Virus record (IMG/VR): IMGVR_UViG_3300025012_000049
Location: 1-64,000 of that record
From: a virus
Reading direction: 5' to 3' (one strand)
DNA length: 64,000 nucleotides
The stretch's first letter is position 1. Each line of letters starts with the position of its first letter. The notes under the pieces were generated by a model, which ran no database searches, was not told the DNA's origin, and saw only the letters and a list, made by a program, of their open reading frames with translations. Shown piece after piece: positions 25,952 through 37,245 of this stretch. A program made the translations under genes and the position numbers.

Positions 25952-28900
25952 ATGGTCATGAGCAAAAAAGGAACCTCAGCAGGTAATGAAATCAGTGAAG
26001 ATATTGTATTGGAATTACGGACTAACTTTGAAGAAGAGTTAAGACGCAGTGCCACACAATATTCTAATTTCCAGAAAAAGGCCGGAGATGTTTCCCGGTC
26101 ATTGGAACAAAATGTAAATTCTATGTTCCGGCAGGTTTCTGGAAATCTGTCTTCCATGATGAATGGAGTACAACGTACTGTTGTTTCTTCTGTGAATTTA
26201 ACCCGTGGAGCCATGCGGGAAATCATGGCTGACAGCGTAAAGCTTAGTCAGACCTATGAGAATTATTTAAAACGCAGTGAAGTTATCAAAAAAGGTATGC
26301 TGGATACCCTTGACCGTATCCCCAAAGCTTCAGGAAAAATGGCAGCAATTAATGCTTGGCAAAATGTTGGTAATCCTTTTGATAAGGAAACGGTACGTGC
26401 TGCAAGTGATATGTATTTCCAATTGGGAAACATATCTAAAAAAGCTTCTACCAATATTTTACAAGCTACACAGGATTCTTTAAATTCTGTTAAACAATTG
26501 GTTATTGGTACAAAGAATACTCTGGTTGATTTGGAAGTAGCAGTAAATAATAAAGGAACCTTGGAAAGTGCTTTATCGGCTAAATCAGGTATTGAGAAAG
26601 TTGAAAAGCAATTAAAATCTGGACAGGATGCGATTAAAGAACAAGCCAAACGTGTAGTTGTAGCAGAAAAAGAAGTACAAAATGCACGTTTGGCAATGAG
26701 TAAACAAACAGATGATAAATTAAAAGCGCAACAACATGATTTTTTGATGCAAGCTGTTCAGAATTTAACCAAGGTACAAAAAGCTTATGCTGATACGGAA
26801 AAAGAAGTTGCTAAATTATCCAATCAATTTGAAGAAGCCAAAAAACGTATTTCCAAAGAAATATCGTCAGTGGTAACACAGATTTCCAATAGTACCCAAG
26901 TGAAAAATTCTAGGGGTTTATTTGAAAACATTGATAAAGCTTATAACAATTTGGCAGAGAAATACAAAAAGTTATCTAATACCAAACTTTTGAAACGTGA
27001 AGTGGTTGAACAGTTTAAAGCTGATGTTAAGTCAATGAATGAATCTATTCATGCTTATAATATAAATTTGAAAAATATTCGAGAAAATATCTTTGCTTTG
27101 GAAAAACTACACAAAGCAGGATTGGCACCAAATGCAGCACCACTTATAAAAGAACGAAAAGAACAATTAAAAGAATTGGAAGCTAATGTAAAACAAATTA
27201 CTGCTATGAGTAATAAGGCTACTAATCAGTCTGAATTACTTGCCAGACGGCAATCTAAATCCTTGTTTGCTACCAGTTGGGAAATGGTTCGTAATTTCCG
27301 CTGGCAGGTGGCTGGTTTGATTTATTTGGCATCGAAAGCCACCTCTACAATCAGGAATACATTTTTTAAAGTATTAGATGATATTCAAAAATTCCGTACT
27401 GATTCAATGGCAATTGCTGCTTCCATTACCTATTCAATGATTGGGGATGTTTCTCAGAACTTTAATAAAGCTTTTGAATATTCCAAAGATTTAATGATGA
27501 AATTGGAAATGGAAGCAGCAAAAACTATTTTAACTCTTGAAGATATGACCATGCTGACCAAGACTTTTGTTCAGGCTGGTATTATTCCCAATACAGACGA
27601 AGATGTTAAAAAGATTTCAACCATAGGTACAGCTATTAAGATTTTGACTGAGGGTATGGCAAATGCCGGGGTGCAGATGCGGCAGGAATTATATGCCATT
27701 ATTCAAGGGCGGCAACGGGCAACGGATCAGGTTGCCATGATGTTTAAAATGATTGGTATTAATATTAATGATACTTTGAAAAAAGCCAAAAAAGAAGGTA
27801 AAGATTTATTGGATGTTTTATCAGAAGCTCTTGTGCCATTTAATGAAGTCAACAAATCAATGGCACATGATTATTCTGTGCAATTAGAAGCGTTGCAAAA
27901 AATATGGGATAAAATTAAACGTATTGGAGCAGAGAACACTTTTAAAGAGTTTTCTGCTTCAATGGAACGCTTTAATGCTTCTTTAGCTGATGTTGATACA
28001 GGTAAATTAACAGAAGATGGGCGTCAATGGGCGTTTTATCTTGGTATGGCGATGGAAACCATGCGTTTAATTGTTAAAGAGCTTGGTAATATAATTTCCA
28101 GCCTCTCTGGTGCTGCAGATAAAACAAGTAGTTGGTTAATAGTTTTTAGAGGTATTCACGGAGCTGTATGGGGTATATCCTCTTTAATAAAAATGATAGC
28201 TGTTTCAATTCATGCAATGATTTCTAGTGTGGTTGGATTGACGGCTTCTTTGGTTACTTTAGCAACAGATGGGCCAAAGGCAGCATGGCAGGTTTTGAAA
28301 GAAATGGCTAAAGATGTAACCGATAAATTTAAATCAGTTATGGATGGAAATATTAAAGCCTTTGATGATATAAATAATTCTGCTGAAGCATTGAATAAAA
28401 CTCTTGAAGATACGCAGATAAATGCTAATGGTTTAGATAATATATTCAATACCTCATTATTGAAAGCGGCAGAAGATATTTCTAAAATAGATAAAGACAT
28501 TGAAAGTGTTACTAAACAATCCCTTGATGGTGTGGCTAAAATTAATTATGAATATCAACTTGGTTTAAAGAAAACAGAAGATGCTGCTTATTCTATTGCT
28601 AAAGCTATTGATGCGATTAATGTTGAAATTAAAAAATCTGGAAATGACCCAAAGAAAAACAAACAACTAAATGAGATGCTTCAAGGACAAAAAGAAGCAA
28701 TGGGTAAAATTGATGAATACCGTAGAGTGTTATTGGCTAGAAAAACAAAAGAGGAAGGTGCTTTTTATGATGAACAAAAAAGAAAAATAGAACAAGTTAA
28801 AGTTGAATATGAAAATCTATTAGAATCATTTGAAGTAGCCCCAAAAACACCATTTGAAGAATTAGGTAAGAAATATGATAAATTAACTATTTCTCTTGAG

Positions 28901-30394
28901 CATTTTATTGAAAAAAACAAAAAGGCTTTAACTGGTGGTCAGATTAAGAATTTATGGGGTACCTTTGAAAAAGGTGTAAATGATTCTATTGATAGTATCA
29001 ATGAAGATTTTGAAAATGTTTATACTTCTTTTTATGAGTCCATGTCATCCCATCGGGTTTTAAATCCGTTGGCAGCTATAGATAATGAATTTAATAAGAT
29101 AATTAAAAATATTAATAAATCAACAACATTAATGGATGATCCCACACGAAGGGATGCTTTATTAAAAGAATTGGAAATAATGCGAGAAGAACGTAAAGCT
29201 TTAGCCGAACTTACAATGGAATTGGAAAAACAGGAAGCATTGGCAGAAGCTAAAAAATCCTATGCTGATGTTTTGAAACTGTCTATTCGACCAATTGACC
29301 AGCAAAAAGCGGCTTTAATGGATTTAGAAGGAGAATATATTGATAGCGTTGCTAATATTAAAAAGAAAATAGATGAAATAAATAAAAAATGGAAGGGTAT
29401 GGATTTACCCCCTGTCATTCAAGACCATATTATTTATTTAGAACAACAAATGGAAAATTTGGGTGTTGTGTTTGAACAACATAAAAAAGATATTCAAGAA
29501 CCATTCTGGAAAGACTTAAAAGATATGGCACAAGGGTGGGCTGATTCTTTTACAGATGTTTTAAATGAAGCAGCTTTCAATCTTGATTCTTTTAAAGGTA
29601 ACTTTAGAAATTTTATTACAGATATAGCTAAAGATGCTTCACGGGCATGGATAAAAAGAAATATCACTGACAACATTATGAATTTACTTCCTGACTTTTC
29701 AGGGAGAAAGAAATCTGAAGAAGGCACTGAGGAAAATACTAATTTTATAACTAGCTTTAAAGCTGTATTTGATAAAATAGTTATTGGTATAAAAGGTGTT
29801 GGTGAGTGGTTTACAAAAGCTTTGGAAGACCCATTTACAGCTATTGTAGATGCCTTTTCAGGTTTATTGAATTGGGTAACAGGCATATTCAGCGGTGGTT
29901 TTTCTGGTGGTGGCGGTGGTGTCATGTCTTATAGTGATAATGCTGCTGGTAGCGGTGCCATGTGGAGTCAACTTGGTGGCATGGTTTTAGGTATGCTTGG
30001 TGGTGGGGGTGGTGATAGTGGTGGAAGTAATGGCAGTAATACTATTAGTTCTGGTGGTTTTTCCATAGATGCCAGTAATTATGGATTAGATTATGGTGGT
30101 GCTTTAGATGGAATGGCTGGTTGGAATAGTTTTGCTTCAGGTGGTTGGATTACAGAACCAGTTATAGGTAAAGGGTTACGTACCGGAGAAAATTATTCGT
30201 TTGGAGAAAAAGAAAGTGAATTTATAACACCAAGAAGTAAAATGAATGGTTCCGGTGGTGTTGGCTCTTTGTTAATTAATATACCTATAACTGTAGAAGG
30301 AAATGCAAATAATAAACTTTTAGGACAATTAAGAAATGAATTGGAATCAGTGGTAAAAACTACCACTTTAAGAGTTATTAAGGAGCAAATGTAA
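25952..30394 (+). CDS. Tape measure protein
   Basis: 1480 aa, coiled-coil, Gly-rich C-terminus with FASGGWITEP. Confidence 0.9.
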   Translation: MVMSKKGTSAGNEISEDIVLELRTNFEEELRRSATQYSNFQKKAGDVSRSLEQNVNSMFRQVSGNLSSMMNGVQRTVVSSVNLTRGAMREIMADSVKLSQTYENYLKRSEVIKKGMLDTLDRIPKASGKMAAINAWQNVGNPFDKETVRAASDMYFQLGNISKKASTNILQATQDSLNSVKQLVIGTKNTLVDLEVAVNNKGTLESALSAKSGIEKVEKQLKSGQDAIKEQAKRVVVAEKEVQNARLAMSKQTDDKLKAQQHDFLMQAVQNLTKVQKAYADTEKEVAKLSNQFEEAKKRISKEISSVVTQISNSTQVKNSRGLFENIDKAYNNLAEKYKKLSNTKLLKREVVEQFKADVKSMNESIHAYNINLKNIRENIFALEKLHKAGLAPNAAPLIKERKEQLKELEANVKQITAMSNKATNQSELLARRQSKSLFATSWEMVRNFRWQVAGLIYLASKATSTIRNTFFKVLDDIQKFRTDSMAIAASITYSMIGDVSQNFNKAFEYSKDLMMKLEMEAAKTILTLEDMTMLTKTFVQAGIIPNTDEDVKKISTIGTAIKILTEGMANAGVQMRQELYAIIQGRQRATDQVAMMFKMIGININDTLKKAKKEGKDLLDVLSEALVPFNEVNKSMAHDYSVQLEALQKIWDKIKRIGAENTFKEFSASMERFNASLADVDTGKLTEDGRQWAFYLGMAMETMRLIVKELGNIISSLSGAADKTSSWLIVFRGIHGAVWGISSLIKMIAVSIHAMISSVVGLTASLVTLATDGPKAAWQVLKEMAKDVTDKFKSVMDGNIKAFDDINNSAEALNKTLEDTQINANGLDNIFNTSLLKAAEDISKIDKDIESVTKQSLDGVAKINYEYQLGLKKTEDAAYSIAKAIDAINVEIKKSGNDPKKNKQLNEMLQGQKEAMGKIDEYRRVLLARKTKEEGAFYDEQKRKIEQVKVEYENLLESFEVAPKTPFEELGKKYDKLTISLEHFIEKNKKALTGGQIKNLWGTFEKGVNDSIDSINEDFENVYTSFYESMSSHRVLNPLAAIDNEFNKIIKNINKSTTLMDDPTRRDALLKELEIMREERKALAELTMELEKQEALAEAKKSYADVLKLSIRPIDQQKAALMDLEGEYIDSVANIKKKIDEINKKWKGMDLPPVIQDHIIYLEQQMENLGVVFEQHKKDIQEPFWKDLKDMAQGWADSFTDVLNEAAFNLDSFKGNFRNFITDIAKDASRAWIKRNITDNIMNLLPDFSGRKKSEEGTEENTNFITSFKAVFDKIVIGIKGVGEWFTKALEDPFTAIVDAFSGLLNWVTGIFSGGFSGGGGGVMSYSDNAAGSGAMWSQLGGMVLGMLGGGGGDSGGSNGSNTISSGGFSIDASNYGLDYGGALDGMAGWNSFASGGWITEPVIGKGLRTGENYSFGEKESEFITPRSKMNGSGGVGSLLINIPITVEGNANNKLLGQLRNELESVVKTTTLRVIKEQM

Positions 30395-30771
30395 TGAACA
30401 AGATGATATTAGGTGGGGTAACTTTTACCTATAATCCAAAAATAGAATTTCCATTTATTGCTCCACGAAAGAGAAATTCAACTGTTGATACTTATGATGG
30501 GGTTGCTTATTTTGCTTTGGCACCAACTATCAAAGGTGTGGTGGTTCCGCTTGAGTGGGAATGGATGCCAGCAGCACAGTATGATTCACTTAATACGCTT
30601 TATCAGGCAGACGATCTAATTGTATTTGATCCTTCTGGGGGTAGTGTAGGTGCAACCACATATAACGTGATTATAAGCGAGTTGGAAGGTACTTATTGGT
30701 TAAATATGGATACCAGTGAATCTTATCGAAAAAATATTAAAATGAAGTTATTGATAATGAGTGCAAATTAA
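30394..30771 (+). CDS. Distal tail-like protein
   Basis: Small gene immediately after the tape measure. Confidence 0.6.
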   Translation: MNKMILGGVTFTYNPKIEFPFIAPRKRNSTVDTYDGVAYFALAPTIKGVVVPLEWEWMPAAQYDSLNTLYQADDLIVFDPSGGSVGATTYNVIISELEGTYWLNMDTSESYRKNIKMKLLIMSAN

Positions 30772-30788
30772 AAGAGGAATATAATATA

Positions 30789-33700
30789 ATGATTACTCTT
30801 GATGCTACTTTACAAGCAGCAATGGATGGGGATGTACATCATCCTATTATCAGATTATTATCTAAAAAATCTGTGGATGATATTCCTTTTATTGGAAATG
30901 TTTTCACAACGTCTGAATATGAAACCAAACCCAAATTTATTGTACACTCTTCAGGGAGAATCATTGGTTTTAATTTAAAATATTTTGATGCAAACAATAA
31001 TCATCTGTATATGTTTAAAACTGATACAGATAGGTTGGAATTTACAATTGATACTCCTATTTTAACTAATCTGGTGCCAACAGTTACAGGAAGAAATATA
31101 CTTGATTTTGCTTTGGTGGAATTGACCAATGGTGATATAGGTATTGTTTATATTCGTTTAAATGGCAGTAGTTATGAATTAAGGGCAACTGCGATTGATG
31201 TTAATGGCACAGTTAAAATAACTGATTATTTGATTGTTAGTGATACCCAAATAAAACGATCAGTTGCAATTAATCAACAACCAGATAACAGTTATTTTAT
31301 AATTTATAATGCTTGGGTATCAGGTACACCTATATGGGGTGTTCAAACTAGAACATCTGCAACGTTTGCCTCTGCTTCGTGGAGTGCAGCGAGTAATATT
31401 GTAACATCGTTAGCTGTTACGCCAATTAACACGGTTTATAATATCCCGGCTGACTTTTGTTTAATTCAAGATGGTACAGATTTACTGTTGTTTTTTTCAT
31501 TTCCAGAAATATTGGATGCTAACAATAATCCTCTTTACAATGTTTATTATGCAACTTCAAGCGATAACGGGGTTACATGGGGTGCAGCAACCATTTTAAC
31601 TGATTATACGGTTTTTGGTTCAACTGGAAAATATCCATCGGCTGTAAAAAATACAGATACAGTCATGTATTTATCATATACAGAAGAAGCAGGTTCTTTA
31701 GTATTGGGTTATGAAGACGCTGGCTGGAATGGTGGTAATGCTAGTGGGCCAACTTATTGTATGCTGGATATAGCAGGGCAAAAAATTTATGTGGTTTTAG
31801 GCGTAATCAATCAAAATACTGAATGGCAGGTTGCAGCTATATTGCAGATTGATATAGCAACTTGGTCAGTAACCAATAAAATAGATTATACCACGGTTCC
31901 GGCATTACCTTTGCATTTTCAATCATATTGGGGTAGTGGTGCTCAACGATATTCACAAACACAATATGGCAATAAAGTGGTGATCGGTAATGATGATACG
32001 GTAGGGTTGTGGGATGCTAATGCAGATACATTTAAAACTTATTATTTTGGTGATAATCCTACGTATGGCACAGTAGTTAATGTTTCCAATATCCCTTTTC
32101 CGGGTGATAACACTATTAATATTTTGACTGATTTTGATGAAGAAAGAATCTATTTGATTTTGATTCATACTTATTCGGGAAATTTTTCGGCCAATGTCAC
32201 ATATGGTTATATTGATATGAATGATGTTGGGCCAATGTATACACTTAATGTGTTATTTAATCAAGATCTTGTTCGTACAGCCTTTGGAGGCAACTTTAAA
32301 CATTATGGAGAAGAATTATGGTGTAATTATGGTTATTACAGTAACGAGCTAATTTGTTGGTCAAGTTCTGGTTCTATTATTTATGATTTTACTAGAAATC
32401 CAACAGGTATTTCCTATAATATATTTAATGATTATGTAAAATACCAAGATAAGATTTATTTTACCTTTGCCTATAAGGGTGACACGGGGTATGAAAATCA
32501 GAAGGGTTTAGGTATATTCGACCCTGCAACTGAGACTTCACGATTTGTTATTCCCAGCTATAAAACAGCAGATGATTATGGTTTTTATAAAATGACCCTT
32601 AATGAAGATTTAGGGGAAATATATATTGGTACAAATGTAGATGGTATTGTCATATTCAACATCATTACGGAGCAATTTACTCGTTTAAGTAATGAGGAAA
32701 TTACAGGAATCACACCAAATAATACAGATAATTTTTATGGTAATGGTGGTGGTCCTGTATATGATTCAGCAAATGATCGTTTTTTCACTTGTTCTTATAA
32801 TTATCGTGCAGTGGTTTCTTTTTTAAGAGAAGGAAAATTTAAACAGACACTATATAAACTTGGAACTAAAACAACTGGATGGGCTTTTTCTGCTGATGCA
32901 CAATTAATCAATGGTTCTACAGCTCTTAATGCTTGGCTTAACATGGATGAAGGTAACAAAGTATGGTGTTTTTGGCAGAAAGATACCAATAATTTCACTG
33001 ACCATTTTCTTGCTTGGGATGTTATTGAACCATTTTTTGATATAACCAATTATGTAGTAACCAGCAGAGATATTGAATTAAGAAGAACTGTTGATGGAAA
33101 ACCCAATGAGTTAAGTTTTGCTTTGTCTCATGGTCATTTATTTGATCCAAGTAACCAGTTATCTATTTTTTCCTCTTATGCTAGGAAAGGTCGTAAATTA
33201 ACTTTTGAAGCAGGAGAAATGATTGGTGGTGTAGCCTATTATCAAAATCAAGGTACATTTTTTATAATTGAAACAAGTATAGAATATTCGGTAAATGTTT
33301 ATCCTGAAATAACTATACGGGCAGAAGATAAAAGATATTTGTGGAGTGAAGATAATCAAACAGCAATAGGATATGTTGAAGAAACACCAGAAAATATCTT
33401 GAATGATTTTTTAACAGGTGAAATAATTGGTTTACTTACTGAAGAGGTAAGTATTCCAACAATGCAGGGAAGTATTTCTATTGATGCACAATGGGCTGAA
33501 GTAGATGCTGTAGAAATCATTAATACTATTGCTAAACGCTTTGGTTATTTCCCAAAAATAACTGTGGATGATATTTTTACTCTAGGTTTAATTTCAGATA
33601 GTGCAAGTGTAGTTCATACATACACAGATAAAAAAGCAATTATGAAATATACACCGGATGATAATTATTCATCGTTTATTAATCGTATAATTGTTACCGG

Positions 33701-34493
33701 AGAAGAAAAAGAAGAGATAGATGTACTTTTTGCAGAAGAAAGAGTAGCTACTTTAAATGGTACTGCTGGTTGGTGGGGTCATAAAAAGACTTATGATATT
33801 TACTATTCAGATGATGGTAGTCGCAGGGTAAGGTATCCACGATTGGTAAAGTTGGAAACTACCTCAAGTATCATGTTTGAGTTGGCTGGTTCTGTTGATG
33901 AATCCATTAATTATATAGACCCCAATGATAAATATTGTACTGTAAAGATTGATTGTCCAGATTTAATTCCATATTTTGCAGCAGCTTTAGGTATTATTGT
34001 TGGTAGTTATTGGATACCAGATCTTGATGTTAGTATTGGTCCAAACCCAACACTACCTATTGGTCGATACATTGGTGATGGTGGTATTTTCCTAGCTTTG
34101 AATATATTAGGTTCAATGGTTAATTATCAATATGAAATTTGGGGTGTTCCTGTAGGCAATATCCGTAGATCAGTACAATATACAGAAAATGATGAATTAT
34201 TACAGCAAGAAATTGGCAGAATAATAAGAGATATGATTGAAGGATTTGCTTGTTATACTGTAGCTGATTGCCGTTTTGTTGCTGAATTTGAAATGATGAT
34301 ACAAAAATTACAAAGAAAAAGGGTTACTTTTTCCAAGATAGCTCATCTACAGGATGAAGAGGGGGATACAATACAAGTACCACACCCTTATACAAATTTA
34401 CCAATTAAGTTGTTTATTAGCGATATAAAAAGAAAATGGAAATTTGGGGAAAACGGTTATTGTATTGATGATATAGAGGGTTGGAGAATTTAA
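30789..34493 (+). CDS. Tail tip / baseplate hub protein with beta-propeller-like region
   Basis: 1234 aa; BNR/Asp-box SSDNGVTW; hub-like C-terminus (NRIIVTG, EEGDTI). Confidence 0.7.
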   Translation: MITLDATLQAAMDGDVHHPIIRLLSKKSVDDIPFIGNVFTTSEYETKPKFIVHSSGRIIGFNLKYFDANNNHLYMFKTDTDRLEFTIDTPILTNLVPTVTGRNILDFALVELTNGDIGIVYIRLNGSSYELRATAIDVNGTVKITDYLIVSDTQIKRSVAINQQPDNSYFIIYNAWVSGTPIWGVQTRTSATFASASWSAASNIVTSLAVTPINTVYNIPADFCLIQDGTDLLLFFSFPEILDANNNPLYNVYYATSSDNGVTWGAATILTDYTVFGSTGKYPSAVKNTDTVMYLSYTEEAGSLVLGYEDAGWNGGNASGPTYCMLDIAGQKIYVVLGVINQNTEWQVAAILQIDIATWSVTNKIDYTTVPALPLHFQSYWGSGAQRYSQTQYGNKVVIGNDDTVGLWDANADTFKTYYFGDNPTYGTVVNVSNIPFPGDNTINILTDFDEERIYLILIHTYSGNFSANVTYGYIDMNDVGPMYTLNVLFNQDLVRTAFGGNFKHYGEELWCNYGYYSNELICWSSSGSIIYDFTRNPTGISYNIFNDYVKYQDKIYFTFAYKGDTGYENQKGLGIFDPATETSRFVIPSYKTADDYGFYKMTLNEDLGEIYIGTNVDGIVIFNIITEQFTRLSNEEITGITPNNTDNFYGNGGGPVYDSANDRFFTCSYNYRAVVSFLREGKFKQTLYKLGTKTTGWAFSADAQLINGSTALNAWLNMDEGNKVWCFWQKDTNNFTDHFLAWDVIEPFFDITNYVVTSRDIELRRTVDGKPNELSFALSHGHLFDPSNQLSIFSSYARKGRKLTFEAGEMIGGVAYYQNQGTFFIIETSIEYSVNVYPEITIRAEDKRYLWSEDNQTAIGYVEETPENILNDFLTGEIIGLLTEEVSIPTMQGSISIDAQWAEVDAVEIINTIAKRFGYFPKITVDDIFTLGLISDSASVVHTYTDKKAIMKYTPDDNYSSFINRIIVTGEEKEEIDVLFAEERVATLNGTAGWWGHKKTYDIYYSDDGSRRVRYPRLVKLETTSSIMFELAGSVDESINYIDPNDKYCTVKIDCPDLIPYFAAALGIIVGSYWIPDLDVSIGPNPTLPIGRYIGDGGIFLALNILGSMVNYQYEIWGVPVGNIRRSVQYTENDELLQQEIGRIIRDMIEGFACYTVADCRFVAEFEMMIQKLQRKRVTFSKIAHLQDEEGDTIQVPHPYTNLPIKLFISDIKRKWKFGENGYCIDDIEGWRI

Positions 34494-34495
34494 TC

Positions 34496-35569
34496 ATGGG
34501 CTTATTTAATAATAAGAGACTTATACGAAAAAATGCGTTATCTGTTTCCAAATCAAGACAAGAAACCAGAGATGCTATTATATGGGAGGTACTACCAACA
34601 CAACGTTTATGCAAAATAAAAATACAAGGATCAACTAATTTTCTTTATGCGAGATATCCACAAAATTGGGAATCAACCCCACAATACTTAAAAGCTGGTA
34701 ATGCGGTAAGAATTGTGCATCGTGGAGGGAATAGAAATATTCTGGAAATAGTGGGGCATGGTAGAAATATACCCACATTTCCAGATTCAACAGACGTAAT
34801 AGTTCCAATTGGTTCAAATAATGCAGTGTTAAGTGGTTTGGATATTTATGCTATAAGTGGTGTGATGAGGGTGGAGGTCTATAATGGAACATACAGAATA
34901 AATGATGTAACTTACAGTGTTGGTGGTTTACTGCTTGGTAATGATTATAATACAATGGTTTTGGGTGATAATGTTATTTTAGGCGAATCTGTTGGGGTGT
35001 TTACATTTACTGCACCATCGGCAGGTTATTGGCGCTATGATATGCTTGTAATTGGCGCTGATGGAACAATAGATAAAGTTGTTGGTACACAAACAATTAG
35101 TGATCCAGCAATGCCAGCAACCCCAAGTAGCCATATAAAAATAGGTCATGTTTTGTTGTATGGTGGGATGACAGAAATAACTCAGGCTTATATTAATAAA
35201 ATGTGGGAAGTATCTGTGCCTACATCAATGTTGGTTTCTCCGGTTTACTCAGAAATGGATTGGTTGGATAATCCGTTAAATATTACAGTTACAATCAAAG
35301 ATCAAAATGGGATAAATCTTTCTGGTAATTGGAATATAAGTGTATCATTTGATGTTGGTAACGGATATTTTGATAATAATCCTGACTTTACAAATGGTAT
35401 AAAAAGTACAGGGGGAACAGCTTCAGTAACATTTGCTTATTACAGATTAAATGATTTAATAGGTGAAACAGATGTTTCTCCACAAATAAGATTTAGTTTA
35501 AATGGATATCCATTTAACATAGTTGTTGTAGTTATGTTATATGATTCTTTAGGCGAGTATATGTTATAG
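34496..35569 (+). CDS. Minor tail protein
   Basis: Position; OB-fold-like N-terminus; RYDMLVIG...P..P motif common in fibre N-termini; start moved to ATG 34496. Confidence 0.6.
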   Translation: MGLFNNKRLIRKNALSVSKSRQETRDAIIWEVLPTQRLCKIKIQGSTNFLYARYPQNWESTPQYLKAGNAVRIVHRGGNRNILEIVGHGRNIPTFPDSTDVIVPIGSNNAVLSGLDIYAISGVMRVEVYNGTYRINDVTYSVGGLLLGNDYNTMVLGDNVILGESVGVFTFTAPSAGYWRYDMLVIGADGTIDKVVGTQTISDPAMPATPSSHIKIGHVLLYGGMTEITQAYINKMWEVSVPTSMLVSPVYSEMDWLDNPLNITVTIKDQNGINLSGNWNISVSFDVGNGYFDNNPDFTNGIKSTGGTASVTFAYYRLNDLIGETDVSPQIRFSLNGYPFNIVVVVMLYDSLGEYML

Positions 35570-35583
35570 AAAGGAAAATTAAA

Positions 35584-35817
35584 ATGACAGATAGAGAACT
35601 GTTGGAGTTTATTTTGACAAAAGTTATAAATATTGAACAACAATTAACAGAAAGCAAAGCAGAACAAGAACGATACAAACAAAAATCCATAAGAATAAGG
35701 CAACGAGCAAAATTGCAAATGGAGGCACAAATGAGCCATATGCCTCCAGCAATAAGACAAATAATGCAAGCAGCAATTCCTACAAATATAGATGATGAAG
35801 ATGAAGGAGAAAACTAA
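35584..35817 (+). CDS. Small coiled-coil hypothetical protein
   Basis: ORF with AAGGA RBS in the tail module. Confidence 0.6.
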   Translation: MTDRELLEFILTKVINIEQQLTESKAEQERYKQKSIRIRQRAKLQMEAQMSHMPPAIRQIMQAAIPTNIDDEDEGEN

Positions 35818-36587
35818 TGTATAATTTTATTACTGCTTTGGTTGAGGGAACAACAAGATTTAATAAAGTGGATATGGAGGCACAAACCAAAGACTTAGAT
35901 AAAGCTATTACTTATAAACATAATTTTCTTTTTCATTGTGATGGGGATATTACTTGGTCAAGCGGTACACTCACTTGGTCAGATAAAATGAGGATTATTT
36001 TCATATCTGATGCCGGGAATGCTATTGCTAATGAAATCGCTGCTGGTAATATTGCTTTAGCGGATAACGAATATGCTTATGTTGATTTAAATGAAACCAA
36101 CAATAGTGTATTGACCGTTTCCAAAACCACCATTACTACCGGGGCCGCTGCTGGATATATTGGTGTTGGTCGAGTAGTATTAGGTTATCGAAATACCGCC
36201 AGTGATAATTTTTATCCAGTTGCTATTAAGAAAAAGTTTGAAACGGCTTTAACCGGGATTGGTTTGGAATTAACTGGTTATTCTGAAACAGAGGTTGGAC
36301 CTGTTGATGCCTCTGGCGGAACGGCTAATATTGATTATGCAGCAGGAAATGTGCAGAGAGTCACTATTGGCGATGGTGTGGATGCAGCACTGACCTTTAC
36401 CAACTTACCTACAGGAAAAAGTTGTTCGGCAACACTACGATTAGAAATGGCAGGAGCAGTGCCAACAACCATTACATTACAAGGGACAACCATTGATACT
36501 ACCGGAGTAACTGCCACGGGAGAAATTCTCGTAGAAGCTATTCGGATTAGTACGGATTGGTATATGGCGGTGCATCATGCCTCTTAG
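35817..36587 (+). CDS. Tail fibre / minor tail protein
   Basis: Beta-rich, Thr/Gly-rich; ITWSSGTLTWS; IDYAAGNVQRVT. Confidence 0.6.
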   Translation: MYNFITALVEGTTRFNKVDMEAQTKDLDKAITYKHNFLFHCDGDITWSSGTLTWSDKMRIIFISDAGNAIANEIAAGNIALADNEYAYVDLNETNNSVLTVSKTTITTGAAAGYIGVGRVVLGYRNTASDNFYPVAIKKKFETALTGIGLELTGYSETEVGPVDASGGTANIDYAAGNVQRVTIGDGVDAALTFTNLPTGKSCSATLRLEMAGAVPTTITLQGTTIDTTGVTATGEILVEAIRISTDWYMAVHHAS

Positions 36588-37245
36588 TCATCGTGGAAGA
36601 ATGATGGGTGGTGGAGAATTATCGCCACCAACACCACCAGAAGATGTCGTTTTTGATTATACAACTTTTACTGAGGTTGATCCTAATAGTAGATATACTG
36701 TTGGTGTTGCCAGCATAGCTTTTGCAGCATTACCTAGAAATGAATCTTCCTATATTTACAAAGATATGGGTGTTAATTATTATTCAGGTAACTTTAAATT
36801 TGACTTTGATTATATAGCTACAGCATATGGTTCTGCTGGTCATGCTGAACCGTGGGCTTTAGCTAATGCGGTAAATAATGTTTATACACTGAGAACTTCA
36901 GGTGAATCATTGTTGCAATGCTCTGCTTATATATTCAGTGGTGCGATTCGTTTTGAAGTATATGAAATAATTGGCACAGTGGTTAGGTCGTCTGGTAATT
37001 ATCAAGGTACATGGAATAGTCAATACTATTTAACAGTTGAGCGGGATGAAAGTATTGGTACTTATGGAAGATTGTATCTTAGGGTTTATTCTGATGCAGC
37101 ACGCACTACACTGTTATCAGAGGTCTATCTTGATTTAACTGCAAAATTGGATTTTAGATATTTATATGGGATTAGTTCAATTAATACGGGGGAAACAGAT
37201 TGGTTAACTGGTTCTGTTTCTAATCTTACACAAGTAAATACATGA
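36577..37245 (+). CDS. Lectin/concanavalin-like receptor-binding protein
   Basis: Beta-sandwich pattern YYLTVERD...LYLRVYSDAARTTL. Confidence 0.55.
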   Translation: MPLSHRGRMMGGGELSPPTPPEDVVFDYTTFTEVDPNSRYTVGVASIAFAALPRNESSYIYKDMGVNYYSGNFKFDFDYIATAYGSAGHAEPWALANAVNNVYTLRTSGESLLQCSAYIFSGAIRFEVYEIIGTVVRSSGNYQGTWNSQYYLTVERDESIGTYGRLYLRVYSDAARTTLLSEVYLDLTAKLDFRYLYGISSINTGETDWLTGSVSNLTQVNT